Shown here piece by piece: positions 34,446 to 42,561 of a DNA stretch of 47,967 bases. The position numbers were made by a program, and so were the translations under genes. The notes under the pieces were generated by a model that saw nothing but the letters and a program-made list of their open reading frames with translations, did not search any database and was not told the DNA's origin. Numbering within the stretch: the first letter of the stretch is position 1; each line of letters starts with the position of its first letter. The stretch comes from Dehalococcoidales bacterium (GTDB taxonomy: Bacteria > Chloroflexota > Dehalococcoidia > Dehalococcoidales > RBG-16-60-22), in contig JAQTVW010000001.1 in NCBI GenBank assembly GCA_028706655.1, positions 1-47,967 on the forward strand, given 5' to 3'.

Positions 34446-36296
34446 ATGTTCGTTCTGGGTACCGCAGGGCATATCGACCACGGCAAATCGGCGCTGGTGC
34501 AGGCGCTGACTGGCATTGACCCTGACCGCCTCAAGGAAGAAAAAGAGCGCGGCATGACCATCGACCTCGGTTTTGCCTGGCTCAAGCTGCCCGGCGGCAA
34601 GGAAGTCGGCATCGTCGATGTTCCCGGACATGAGCGCTTCATCAAGAACATGCTGGCGGGGGTGGGCGGCATCGACCTGGCGCTGCTGGTGATTGCCGCC
34701 AACGAGGGTGTCATGCCGCAGACGCGCGAGCATCTTGCCATCCTCGATTTGCTCAAGGTTCGCCGTGGTATTATAGTCATTACCAAGAAAGATTTAGTTG
34801 ATGCCGATTTGCTCAGCCTGGTCAAGATGGAAATCGCCGAACTGATGGCGCCCACGACACTCGCGCAGGCGCCGGTCGTCGCCGTTTCCTCAATCACCGG
34901 AGAAGGTATCCCGGAACTGCTGGCGACTATCGATAATTTGTTGGAATCTACCGAGCCGCGCAAAGATTTGGGGAAACCCCGCCTGCCAATCGACCGGATT
35001 TTCACGATTACCGGCGCCGGTACCGTTGTGACCGGCACGCTGATAGACGGCTCTCTCTCGGTAGGACAGGAAGTCGAGATTGTCCCGGCGGGCTTGAAGT
35101 CCCGCCTGCGCGGCTTGCAGACCCACAAGTCCCGTGTCGATTCCGCCCAGCCGGGCACCCGCGTGGCGGCGAATATCGTCGGAGTGTCACTGGAACAATT
35201 AAAGCGCGGTGAAGTCCTCACCACGCCGGGGTGGCTCAAACCGGCGACCATGCTGACGGTAAAACTGCAACTGCTTGCCTACTTGCCACGCCCCTTGCGG
35301 CATAATACCAGTGTCAGCTTTCACAGCGGCGCTGCCGAGACCGTGGCGAAAGTGCGGCTCCTGGAAAGTGAGACACTGAAGCCCGGAGAAGCAGCGTGGG
35401 CTCAGATAGTTTTAGCCGAACCGGTAGCGCTGGTCGGCGGCGACCGCTTTATCATCCGTTCCCCGGTGGAAACGCTGGGCGGCGGCGAGATAATCGAACC
35501 GCATGCCGCGCGTCTGCGGCGTTTCCGCCCGGAGATATTCCGGAGCCTCGCAGCCAGGCAGGCGGGCACTGCCGAGGAAGCGGTACTGGCTTTGTTAGAA
35601 ACCAAGCAGCCGATGATTATCCCCGCTCTCCTGAGCCAGAGTCATCTGCCGGAAGGAGAAGCCCGCACTCTTGTCGATGCTCTCGTCGCGCAGGGAAAAA
35701 TCATCAGTATCGGGCAGGGAGAACAGAGTCTGCTGTTTACTGCGAACGGATGGAGCAACCTGGCAAAGCGGGTGGCTTCCTGGCTGCGGGACTACCACCA
35801 GAAGTTCCCGGCGCGCAGCGGTATGCCCCGCGTCGAGCTTGCCAGCAAGTTGAAACTAGGCGAACCTGCTTCGGCGGCGCTGGGGAAACTGGTAGGACAG
35901 GGTGTTATCGCGGAAGAAAACACGGTCATGCGCCTGCCGGAGCACACGGCGAAACTGACCTCCGCGCAGCAGACCAAAATAGATGCTTTTCTCAGGTCGC
36001 TGGCGCAGCAGCCTTATGCCCCGCCTTCCGACCTGATGCCGGAGCCGGATGTACTGAACCTGCTCATCAGCCAGCGCAAAGTGGTCAAAGTGAGCGACAG
36101 CATCGTCTTCAGCGCTTCTGCCTATGATGCCATGCTGGCGAAGCTGAAAACCTATATCAGGGAGCACGGCAAGGTCACGCTCGGCGAAGTCAGAGACCTT
36201 TTCCAAACGAGCCGCAAGTATGCCCAGGCGTTTTTAGAGTATGTAGACGCCCATAAAATCACCAAACGCGTCGGTGACGACCGGGTGCTGTATTAA
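34446..36296 (+). CDS. selB: selenocysteine-specific translation elongation factor
   Basis: G-domain GHIDHGKS, DVPGHERF and ITKKD. A long C-terminal winged-helix extension is typical of bacterial SelB. Confidence 0.92.
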   Translation: MFVLGTAGHIDHGKSALVQALTGIDPDRLKEEKERGMTIDLGFAWLKLPGGKEVGIVDVPGHERFIKNMLAGVGGIDLALLVIAANEGVMPQTREHLAILDLLKVRRGIIVITKKDLVDADLLSLVKMEIAELMAPTTLAQAPVVAVSSITGEGIPELLATIDNLLESTEPRKDLGKPRLPIDRIFTITGAGTVVTGTLIDGSLSVGQEVEIVPAGLKSRLRGLQTHKSRVDSAQPGTRVAANIVGVSLEQLKRGEVLTTPGWLKPATMLTVKLQLLAYLPRPLRHNTSVSFHSGAAETVAKVRLLESETLKPGEAAWAQIVLAEPVALVGGDRFIIRSPVETLGGGEIIEPHAARLRRFRPEIFRSLAARQAGTAEEAVLALLETKQPMIIPALLSQSHLPEGEARTLVDALVAQGKIISIGQGEQSLLFTANGWSNLAKRVASWLRDYHQKFPARSGMPRVELASKLKLGEPASAALGKLVGQGVIAEENTVMRLPEHTAKLTSAQQTKIDAFLRSLAQQPYAPPSDLMPEPDVLNLLISQRKVVKVSDSIVFSASAYDAMLAKLKTYIREHGKVTLGEVRDLFQTSRKYAQAFLEYVDAHKITKRVGDDRVLY

Positions 36297-36350
36297 TCAC
36301 CCTGTTCCGTTATTGTATAATATCGTTATCCCTTGCTTAAGGAGCGAATA

Positions 36351-37469
36351 ATGTGGGAATGGTTTATCGCCCATAGCACACTGGTAATGCTGGCTGCGGG
36401 CATCATGCTGGTTGCCTTGCTGGTTATCCGGGAACGGCCCCGGCGTAAAAAACCCGGTGGTGAGTTATTACCTCACAAGCACAGTAAATCCTGGTCATCC
36501 GTCTTCTGGATTACCGAAGTCATCCTGCTGGGTATTGTCGCGATGGGGTTGTGGGCAACCATCGTTTCGCGGGTGGGCATCGGTTCGGTGATTACTCCGG
36601 AGATGGCGAAAGGATGGCTATTGGAACACGGCAGCGCCATCCTGTTTATCTTTCTGTTCGGGGTAGCTATGTGGTACGCATTGATACGGTTTCTGCCGCC
36701 GCTCGTCATCAGCCTGATGGTGCATCCAATCAAGGGCGAAAGCCTGGAAGGCGTCAAAAAACGTACCGATACTCTGCTCGGCATTTTCCTGGGTGTAGGC
36801 AAGATACTGATTGTCATCATGATTGTCTTCATGATTCTCTCCGAGCTAACCATTCCTATCGCCCCTATCATGGCCGGTTTTGGTATCGTCGGTATCGCCG
36901 TCAGCTTCGGCGCCCAGTACCTGATACGGGACATCATCGCCGGTATTTTTATCCTGATGGAGAACCAGTACCGGGTCGGCGATGTGGTGAAGATAGCTGA
37001 TGTCTCCGGTCTGGTGGAGGAAGTGAACCTGCGCAAGACGGTATTGCGGGACCTTGACGGCATCGTGCACCATGTTCCGAACGGTGAAATAAGAGTTGCC
37101 AGCAACTTAACCCGCCACTACTCGCGGGTGAATTTGAATATCTCAGTATCGTATAATACTGACCTTGACCATGCCATCGATGTTATTAACCGTGTGTGCC
37201 GTGAGATGGCTGCCGAAGAAAAGTGGGCAAAGGTTATCCGGACTACGCCAAAGGTGCTGCGGGTAGACAAACTGGGGGATTCCGGTATTGAACTGAAAAT
37301 CATCGGGGATGTCAAGCCTATCGAGCAGTGGAACGTGATGGGGGAGATGCGACTCCGTTTGAAGAAGGCGTTTGACGCTGAAGGAATCGAGATACCCTTG
37401 CCGCGCACTAAGGTCTATTTCGGTAATTCACCGGATGATGTGAGGGAGACAGACCAGAAAAGCGGTTGA
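36351..37469 (+). CDS. mechanosensitive ion channel (MscS family)
   Basis: It has multiple N-terminal TM helices and the MscS pore/beta domain (ENQYRVGDVVKI...GLVEEVNLRKTVLRDLDG...VPNGEI). The ATG at 36351 lies 6 nt after AAGGAG. Confidence 0.85.
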   Translation: MWEWFIAHSTLVMLAAGIMLVALLVIRERPRRKKPGGELLPHKHSKSWSSVFWITEVILLGIVAMGLWATIVSRVGIGSVITPEMAKGWLLEHGSAILFIFLFGVAMWYALIRFLPPLVISLMVHPIKGESLEGVKKRTDTLLGIFLGVGKILIVIMIVFMILSELTIPIAPIMAGFGIVGIAVSFGAQYLIRDIIAGIFILMENQYRVGDVVKIADVSGLVEEVNLRKTVLRDLDGIVHHVPNGEIRVASNLTRHYSRVNLNISVSYNTDLDHAIDVINRVCREMAAEEKWAKVIRTTPKVLRVDKLGDSGIELKIIGDVKPIEQWNVMGEMRLRLKKAFDAEGIEIPLPRTKVYFGNSPDDVRETDQKSG

Positions 37470-37494
37470 CAATTAGCCTGCCACAGGATAAGAT
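37466..37494 (+). promoter_or_regulatory. sigma-70-like promoter of the GYD gene
   Basis: TTGACA overlaps the mscS stop codon. A 17-nt spacer and TAAGAT follow. Confidence 0.4.
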
Positions 37495-37529
37495 AACCGC
37501 ACGGGGTAGCTGATGCAAGGAGGTTCGCG

Positions 37530-37832
37530 ATGCCAGTCTACATGATGTTGACCACGCTGACACAGGAAGGCCGCAAGACCATCCGGGACAATCCGGAGCG
37601 AATCAGGGAAGTCGATAAGGAAGTCGAGATTATGGGCGTGAAAATATTGACGCAGTACGCTCTGCTCGGACCCTACGATTTTGTGAATATCATCGAAGCC
37701 CCCAGCGATGAAGTCGCGGCGAAGCTTGCCATCAACCTGAGCGCCCGCGGTACCGTCGGTGCGACGACGCTGCCGGCGATGCCTATCGACCACCTTGTTG
37801 AGATTCTGAAGAAGAAGACGGTGGACTGGTAG
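37530..37832 (+). CDS. GYD domain-containing protein
   Basis: 100 aa preceded by an AAGGAGG SD. It shows the GYD-family pattern (...LGPYDFVNIIEAPSDE...). Confidence 0.75.
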   Translation: MPVYMMLTTLTQEGRKTIRDNPERIREVDKEVEIMGVKILTQYALLGPYDFVNIIEAPSDEVAAKLAINLSARGTVGATTLPAMPIDHLVEILKKKTVDW

Positions 37833-38664
37833 CCGGCGGAGTGCTGTTCACCATCCGGTAATAATCGTCTATCCAGGCAAGGAACTCATCGGTGCCGGAA
37901 AACTCGCGGTAGTATTCCTCGGCAAACGCGATATAAATCTGGGAATTGTACATTCCGGAACGCTCCAGATTCATAAACCAGTGTGCCAGCGCCTGCGGGA
38001 ACGGCTGACTGCCGAAGCCGCCGAGATTCACAAACGGGGTGTAGTAACGTCCGGAAACATCAAAAACGGAGAGATGCCCTCCGTCCAGCGGGATGCCAAC
38101 CGCGACATGGGCTTTGGGTGTGGGCTCTTCCGTCCTGGCGCCGATAATCCAGATAGGATATTGTCTCTGGCTGTAATTCAGCAGCATACTTGCCAGCAGC
38201 GCGGAAATGTCTTCGCAGTCTCCCTGCCGGTCAATGATAGTCTCGATGGGCAGCCGCCAGAAATCGTTCTCCCACTGCAGGGCATCAGCACCGGATTCCA
38301 GGTTTTCGGGGAGGATGGGGGTGGGGCTGTCCTGGGTATACTCCACGTTCATCAGTACCCAGCGGTACATCTCGGTGTAGTCTTTCCAGAACGAGTCCGG
38401 ATGAAAACCGCCGGTAATATTATCAACCAGCGCCGCTACCGCCGGTTCGTCCGGTGTGATGAAAAGCCGGGCGTTCTGGCCGCTGCCCAGTCTCACATCC
38501 AGTTGCGCCCGGATTTGCTCGTAATTAGCCAGCATCTGCCCCTGCCGCGTCACCCGGTCGGATAGCTGCTCGAAGCGGTACAGCAGGCTGACGCTCAGCC
38601 CGAGCGAAGCTATCGCCACCACGGCGGAAACGAGAAACAACTTTTTCCGGAAATCGAAATTCAT
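37783..38664 (-). CDS. membrane-anchored transglutaminase-like cysteine protease-fold protein
   Basis: I prefer the ATG at 38664 (MNFDFRKKLFLVSAVVAIASLGL signal anchor). It has the GDCEDISALLASML catalytic-Cys context followed by an AHVAVG His. The 3' end overlaps the convergent GYD gene by 50 nt. Confidence 0.65.
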   Translation of the reverse strand: MNFDFRKKLFLVSAVVAIASLGLSVSLLYRFEQLSDRVTRQGQMLANYEQIRAQLDVRLGSGQNARLFITPDEPAVAALVDNITGGFHPDSFWKDYTEMYRWVLMNVEYTQDSPTPILPENLESGADALQWENDFWRLPIETIIDRQGDCEDISALLASMLLNYSQRQYPIWIIGARTEEPTPKAHVAVGIPLDGGHLSVFDVSGRYYTPFVNLGGFGSQPFPQALAHWFMNLERSGMYNSQIYIAFAEEYYREFSGTDEFLAWIDDYYRMVNSTPPATSPPSSSSESQQGGR

Positions 38665-38699
38665 TCTACTTTGATTATATAACCGGCGGGCGGAAAAGG

Positions 38700-39182
38700 C
38701 TAACGGCGGAACTGAAAGATGCAAAATTCCGCACCGCGGCACATGCGCTGCAGGTGCTGAAAGGACAATTTGCTGTCAAATTCCGCCGCCCATGCTGAAT
38801 GAACGCTGTTGCAGATGACATCGCCGATACGCGCGGAGAGGCTGCCCCGCCCCGAACGCACCTGGATTTCCAGGAACGGGCAACGGTCGATATGGAGCTC
38901 CAGGCTATCTTCTGATTTCCGCCAGTCCTTGAGGTGAAATCCTTCCATTGCCTGGCGTGTGGTCAAACACTCAAACAGGGCGTCAATAGGGTTATCTGTC
39001 TTGACCATGGACTTCAAGATGCGAGCCTGTATCTTGGGCAGGATTTTCCAGACGGCGTCATCAAGGGCAAGAGCCTCCTCGAAGCCGTATTTTTCTTCCA
39101 GCTTCATGAACCATAATCCATCGACGGCGGTATAGCTGCGGTGGAGGTATTCCGTAATTTGCTTGTCCGTTAGTTTAATCAT
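38700..39182 (-). CDS. hypothetical cytosolic protein (DGLWF motif; possibly DUF6125/ATC-hydrolase-like)
   Basis: 160-aa ORF co-directional with the HPP and transglutaminase-like genes. The family assignment is from memory only. Confidence 0.45.
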   Translation of the reverse strand: MIKLTDKQITEYLHRSYTAVDGLWFMKLEEKYGFEEALALDDAVWKILPKIQARILKSMVKTDNPIDALFECLTTRQAMEGFHLKDWRKSEDSLELHIDRCPFLEIQVRSGRGSLSARIGDVICNSVHSAWAAEFDSKLSFQHLQRMCRGAEFCIFQFRR

Positions 39183-39206
39183 ATTAGGAACTTTTCAGGC
39201 AATATG

Positions 39207-39773
39207 CTAGGTCAGGTTTCTCAGGTATTTATGCAGATAGCGGTGCGCCAGCGCCAGAAGGATGCTGGCAGTCAAGACGGTCAGAATAATCGCCGGAGAA
39301 AAACCGCTGATAGCGACGCCCAGCGCGGTGCCGCTTGCCGGGGGATGCTCAGCGTCCAGCGCCACCATGAGGAACATGGAAATGCCCACCGATGCGGAAT
39401 ATACAATTATGGAGGATGCAGTCGAGGCGTGCGGGAAAAGGAAGCAAAGAGAACCGATTATCAACCCTATTATATGCCCGCCAATAATACGCCGCGGCCT
39501 GGCAGTGCTCAAGCCCGGCATGGTGAATACGATGAAAGCTGTCGCGCCGATGGACGCCACAACAACAGCATGTTCGGCTCTCAGCACTGCGAGCACAATC
39601 GCCAGTACAACGGTCGCCAGCAAACTCTGGTAAACGTAATGCTTCCAGAGCAGGCGGAACTCGGCGGTGATGTGGGACCACCTGCGGTGCAAGTAGGTTG
39701 CCGGACGGGTGATTATCATTTTATCAGCAGCAGTATTTTGTTTATTATAGCTGCTGCCGCCGCCGGAAGGCAA
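39207..39773 (-). CDS. HPP-family membrane protein
   Basis: 4-5 TM helices and the signature EHPPASGTAL. The start is uncertain: TTG at 39773 or ATG at 39719. Confidence 0.7.
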   Translation of the reverse strand: MPSGGGSSYNKQNTAADKMIITRPATYLHRRWSHITAEFRLLWKHYVYQSLLATVVLAIVLAVLRAEHAVVVASIGATAFIVFTMPGLSTARPRRIIGGHIIGLIIGSLCFLFPHASTASSIIVYSASVGISMFLMVALDAEHPPASGTALGVAISGFSPAIILTVLTASILLALAHRYLHKYLRNLT

Positions 39774-39922
39774 AAATATCGATTGGACGGTCTTAGAGGT
39801 AACGCTTCAGGGAAACCTTGGACGACAACTGGGGGATGACACCGTAGAGCCGTAGAAACGGATATCGTATGATATCGTGAGTATAAGAAAGCGTTATTTC
39901 AGGTTATGTTTCAAGCTGACTT

Positions 39923-40243
39923 ATGAATTCGCTCAAGAGTTATTTTGCGGGCAGTTACCCCATAAGAATCATCCTGGGCGCGCTCGTTGCAGCCGTTGTC
40001 GCGGATGGCGTTATCACCCGTTTCCTGGTCTTCAACGGGCTGGCTTATGAGGGCAATCCGCTGCTGCGTTACTGGGTGTACCAGGATACCTTCCTGTTCC
40101 TGAAGCTGATGGGAGGACTGCTGGCCGCGATGTATCTCTGGAGCATCCACAAGCGGCATCCCCGGCTGGCGATTGGTTTCAGTTCCCTGTGTCTTTCGGT
40201 GTTTACCGGCATACTTATCTGGAATCTGTTGATAGCGCTCTGA
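39923..40243 (+). CDS. DUF5658-like small membrane protein
   Basis: 106 aa and 3-4 TM helices, with the motif ADGVITRFLV...GLAYEGNPLL. Confidence 0.6.
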   Translation: MNSLKSYFAGSYPIRIILGALVAAVVADGVITRFLVFNGLAYEGNPLLRYWVYQDTFLFLKLMGGLLAAMYLWSIHKRHPRLAIGFSSLCLSVFTGILIWNLLIAL

Positions 40244-40250
40244 GGACGTC

Positions 40251-40958
40251 CTAAAAGCCCAGGCTTTCACCAACCATCACGACGTGCGTGTGGGTTTCCG
40301 GATATATCCCCGGGTGTTCACCATCGATGATGACAATCTGGCGGCACATCTTCAACTCGCCGCGGCAGTTGTTGCAAAAGCCGGTCACTCCGCAGGGGTT
40401 GCGGAAGGTATGCCGCTTGGCATTCAGCGGCGCGGCGATTTCCTTGACCCGTTTTATCCCGTTTTCCGCATCGCTGACGATTTTATTGGCTCCGGCAGCG
40501 ATGATGACTTTTTTCGGTCCGAAGAGCAGCCCCGCGACACGGTTGCCTATCCCATCGATGTAGATGAGCTTGCCATCGAGCGTGACGGCGTTGGCGCCGG
40601 AAAGAAAAACATCCGCCGTCAGGGCTTTCCGCCGCCGCTCCATGCTTTCTTCACTGCTGACGCCCGGCTCCCACGGATCGATGAAATTGTACTTACTTGT
40701 TCTCAGTTCGGCAATAACGCCTATCTGGTGGAGCGTCACCGAATCGCCGTAGCCGATGACCGACCCCGGCGGGATGAGCTCCATCACCGTAGCGAAAGCG
40801 CTCTTGCGGTCGGGAGCATAGTAGCCCTTCATGTAGTTCTTTTCCAGGCACTCGATAGCTTTCTTGCAGCGCTGTTCGAAGTACCATGCCTCGGTATCCC
40901 GGTTGTACGTCCGGTCGATAGGCATGATGGTTTCCCAGAAACTTTTCTCCTCGGGCAT
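40251..40958 (-). CDS. LUD-domain (DUF162, LutC/YkgG-like) protein
   Basis: The ATG at 40958 lies 5 nt after AGGAGG. The pattern is typical (YGDSVTL...LSGANAVTLDGKLIYIDGIGNRVAGLLFGPKKVIIAAGANKIV). The longer ORF-track N-terminus would overlap tRNA-Sec. Confidence 0.8.
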   Translation of the reverse strand: MPEEKSFWETIMPIDRTYNRDTEAWYFEQRCKKAIECLEKNYMKGYYAPDRKSAFATVMELIPPGSVIGYGDSVTLHQIGVIAELRTSKYNFIDPWEPGVSSEESMERRRKALTADVFLSGANAVTLDGKLIYIDGIGNRVAGLLFGPKKVIIAAGANKIVSDAENGIKRVKEIAAPLNAKRHTFRNPCGVTGFCNNCRGELKMCRQIVIIDGEHPGIYPETHTHVVMVGESLGF

Positions 40959-40977
40959 GAATTCCTCCTGAATTATC

Positions 40978-41073
40978 TGGCGGGAGCGCATGGGAGTCGA
41001 ACCCACCGAAGACACTGACGTGCCCCCCAACGGATTTGAAGTCCGCGAAGTCCACCGGGGCTCATGCGCTCCC
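40978..41073 (-). tRNA. selC: tRNA-Sec (anticodon UCA), CCA encoded
   Basis: The hand fold of 96 nt gives an 8-bp acceptor stem (GGGAGCGC/GCGCTCCC) and a 5-bp T stem with a TTCGACT loop. It also gives a 6-bp D stem with a 4-nt loop and one mismatch, the anticodon loop CU-UCA-AA, a roughly 8-bp variable arm, discriminator G and CCA. Confidence 0.9.
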
Positions 41074-41088
41074 CTCGTTGGCGGTTCA

Positions 41089-41117
41089 AGTATAAAAGAT
41101 GGAGCGGTATTTGTAAA
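41089..41117 (-). promoter_or_regulatory. sigma-70-like promoter of tRNA-Sec
   Basis: The minus strand reads TTTACA, a 17-nt spacer and TATACT. The -10 ends 15 nt before the mature tRNA 5' end. Confidence 0.5.
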
Positions 41118-41122
41118 GAGTA

Positions 41123-41872
41123 TCAGCGCCCGGAATCCGGCGTGAGCGCGGTCTCGGTCACGGGGACGTCGCGGCGCTCGAACAGCTTTGCCAACCAGAT
41201 GCTCAGCTCGTAGAGGACAATCAGCGGTATGGCGACCAGAAGCTGGTTAAACGGGTCGAAGGTGGGGGTAATAATTGCCGCAAGGATGAAGGAGCCCAGC
41301 AGAGCGACCCGCCGTTTGCCTGCCAGCCAGCGCGCCTTGACGATGCCGATGCGGGCGAGGATGGTAGTCAGGACGGGCAGTTCGAAGACCAGCCCGATTG
41401 CCAGCAGTATGCGGGTAATCAGTGAGATGTAGTTGCCTATGCGGATTTGCGGTGTGACAACGTTGCTGCCCAGGCTGATTAAGAAATTTACCGCCGGTGG
41501 GATAAGGACAAAATAGCCGAAGACCACGCCGCCGGCGAACATGATGCCGATGAACGGCAGCGCGATATAGAGATATTTCTTTTCCCTTGAGGTCAGGGCG
41601 GGAGCGATGAACAGCACTATCTGTAAGATGACATAAGGTGCGGCGAGTACGATACCGCTCGCCAAGCAGACCTGCATCATCGTACCGAGCATCTCGGTGA
41701 GTTCAATGTAGACGAATTCCGTGTTCTGTGCCGGTCGAATCAGGATGCCGAAGAGGCGTTCCCAGAAGGCGAAGGAAATCATGGTGGTAATCGCCAGGGC
41801 AATGGCAATGCGGATGAGGCGCTTGCGGAGTTCGTTGAGGTGCCCGAGGACTGTCAGTTTGCCGTCAGTCAT
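41123..41872 (-). CDS. tatC: twin-arginine translocase subunit TatC
   Basis: 249 aa and 6 TM helices. The N-terminus LTVLGHLNELRKRLI is typical of TatC. Confidence 0.9.
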   Translation of the reverse strand: MTDGKLTVLGHLNELRKRLIRIAIALAITTMISFAFWERLFGILIRPAQNTEFVYIELTEMLGTMMQVCLASGIVLAAPYVILQIVLFIAPALTSREKKYLYIALPFIGIMFAGGVVFGYFVLIPPAVNFLISLGSNVVTPQIRIGNYISLITRILLAIGLVFELPVLTTILARIGIVKARWLAGKRRVALLGSFILAAIITPTFDPFNQLLVAIPLIVLYELSIWLAKLFERRDVPVTETALTPDSGR

Positions 41873-42101
41873 TTTGTTTGCCGTCGTCCTTTGGCTGGGT
41901 CGAGGCGGGTGGCTTCAGTTTCTCTTCTGTTTCGATTTCCCGGGTGATGGCTCCGGTAAAATCGGAGCTGGCTTTACGCAGGGCGCGAATAGTCTTGCCG
42001 ATAGTGCGGGCGATTTCCGGCAGCCTGCCCGGTCCCCAGATGATGAGGGCGATGACCAGGACGAGGAAAATCTCCCAGAAACCCATGCCGAAAAGTTCCA
42101 T
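41865..42101 (-). CDS. twin-arginine translocase TatA/TatB-family protein
   Basis: N-terminal TM helix, hinge and amphipathic helix (FWEIFLVLVIALIIWGPGRLPEIARTIGKTIRALRKA). It overlaps the tatC start by 8 nt. Confidence 0.85.
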   Translation of the reverse strand: MELFGMGFWEIFLVLVIALIIWGPGRLPEIARTIGKTIRALRKASSDFTGAITREIETEEKLKPPASTQPKDDGKQND

Positions 42102-42143
42102 ATTGTTATAACCACAGTCCCGCTGAAAGAGCGGAAACGTCAG

Positions 42144-42341
42144 CTAGCTTTTGACCGGCTTATCGGGAGTTTCCTTGGACTTGTCTTTTTCTTCTTCGTC
42201 CTCGCCGGTCTGTGCTTTCTTAAACAGCCGGATGCCCTTGCCGAGGGCACTGCCTACCTGCGGCAGTTTCCCGACGCCGAAGATAATAAGAATAATCACC
42301 AGGATGAGGGCAATTTCGGGGACTCCCAGACTCCTGAACAT
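42144..42341 (-). CDS. tatA: twin-arginine translocase TatA/E
   Basis: MFRSLGVPEIALILVIILIIFGVGKLPQVGSALGKGIRLFKKA. The ATG at 42341 lies 7 nt after AGGAGG. Confidence 0.88.
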   Translation of the reverse strand: MFRSLGVPEIALILVIILIIFGVGKLPQVGSALGKGIRLFKKAQTGEDEEEKDKSKETPDKPVKS

Positions 42342-42378
42342 GACGATCCCTCCTGATTTGTTGCCTAATGTTACCATA

Positions 42379-42408
42379 ATTATACCTTTGCTTTGCTGGA
42401 AAGTCTAA
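42379..42408 (-). promoter_or_regulatory. sigma-70-like promoter of the tat operon
   Basis: The minus strand reads TTAGAC, an 18-nt spacer and TATAAT. Confidence 0.45.
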
Positions 42409-42483
42409 CGGGTAAAGTAACCTCATGGGAATTGCTAGACTCTTTAATGTTTCAGAGATTGCAGGATTGTTAGCGTTTACCTA

Positions 42484-42512
42484 TAGACAAATGCAAAAAA
42501 CAGGGATATAAT
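42484..42512 (+). promoter_or_regulatory. sigma-70-like promoter of the tail-tube-like gene
   Basis: TAGACA (42484-42489), a 17-nt spacer and TATAAT (42507-42512). Confidence 0.55.
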
Positions 42513-42561
42513 CGCTATTGAATAATAACGCTAAGTGAGAAGTCATAAGGGAGAGAATGCC

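Noticed and set aside
40243-40252. 10-bp perfect palindrome AGGACGTCCT between the convergent DUF5658 and LUD genes as a terminator or operator
   Set aside because: It has no loop and no T-run, and it simply spans the two stop codons. It is too short to support a functional claim.
40959-41030. N-terminal extension of the LUD-domain ORF (track start 41030)
   Set aside because: It would overlap the 3' half of tRNA-Sec. An ATG at 40958 with an AGGAGG SD 5 nt upstream gives a normal-length protein.
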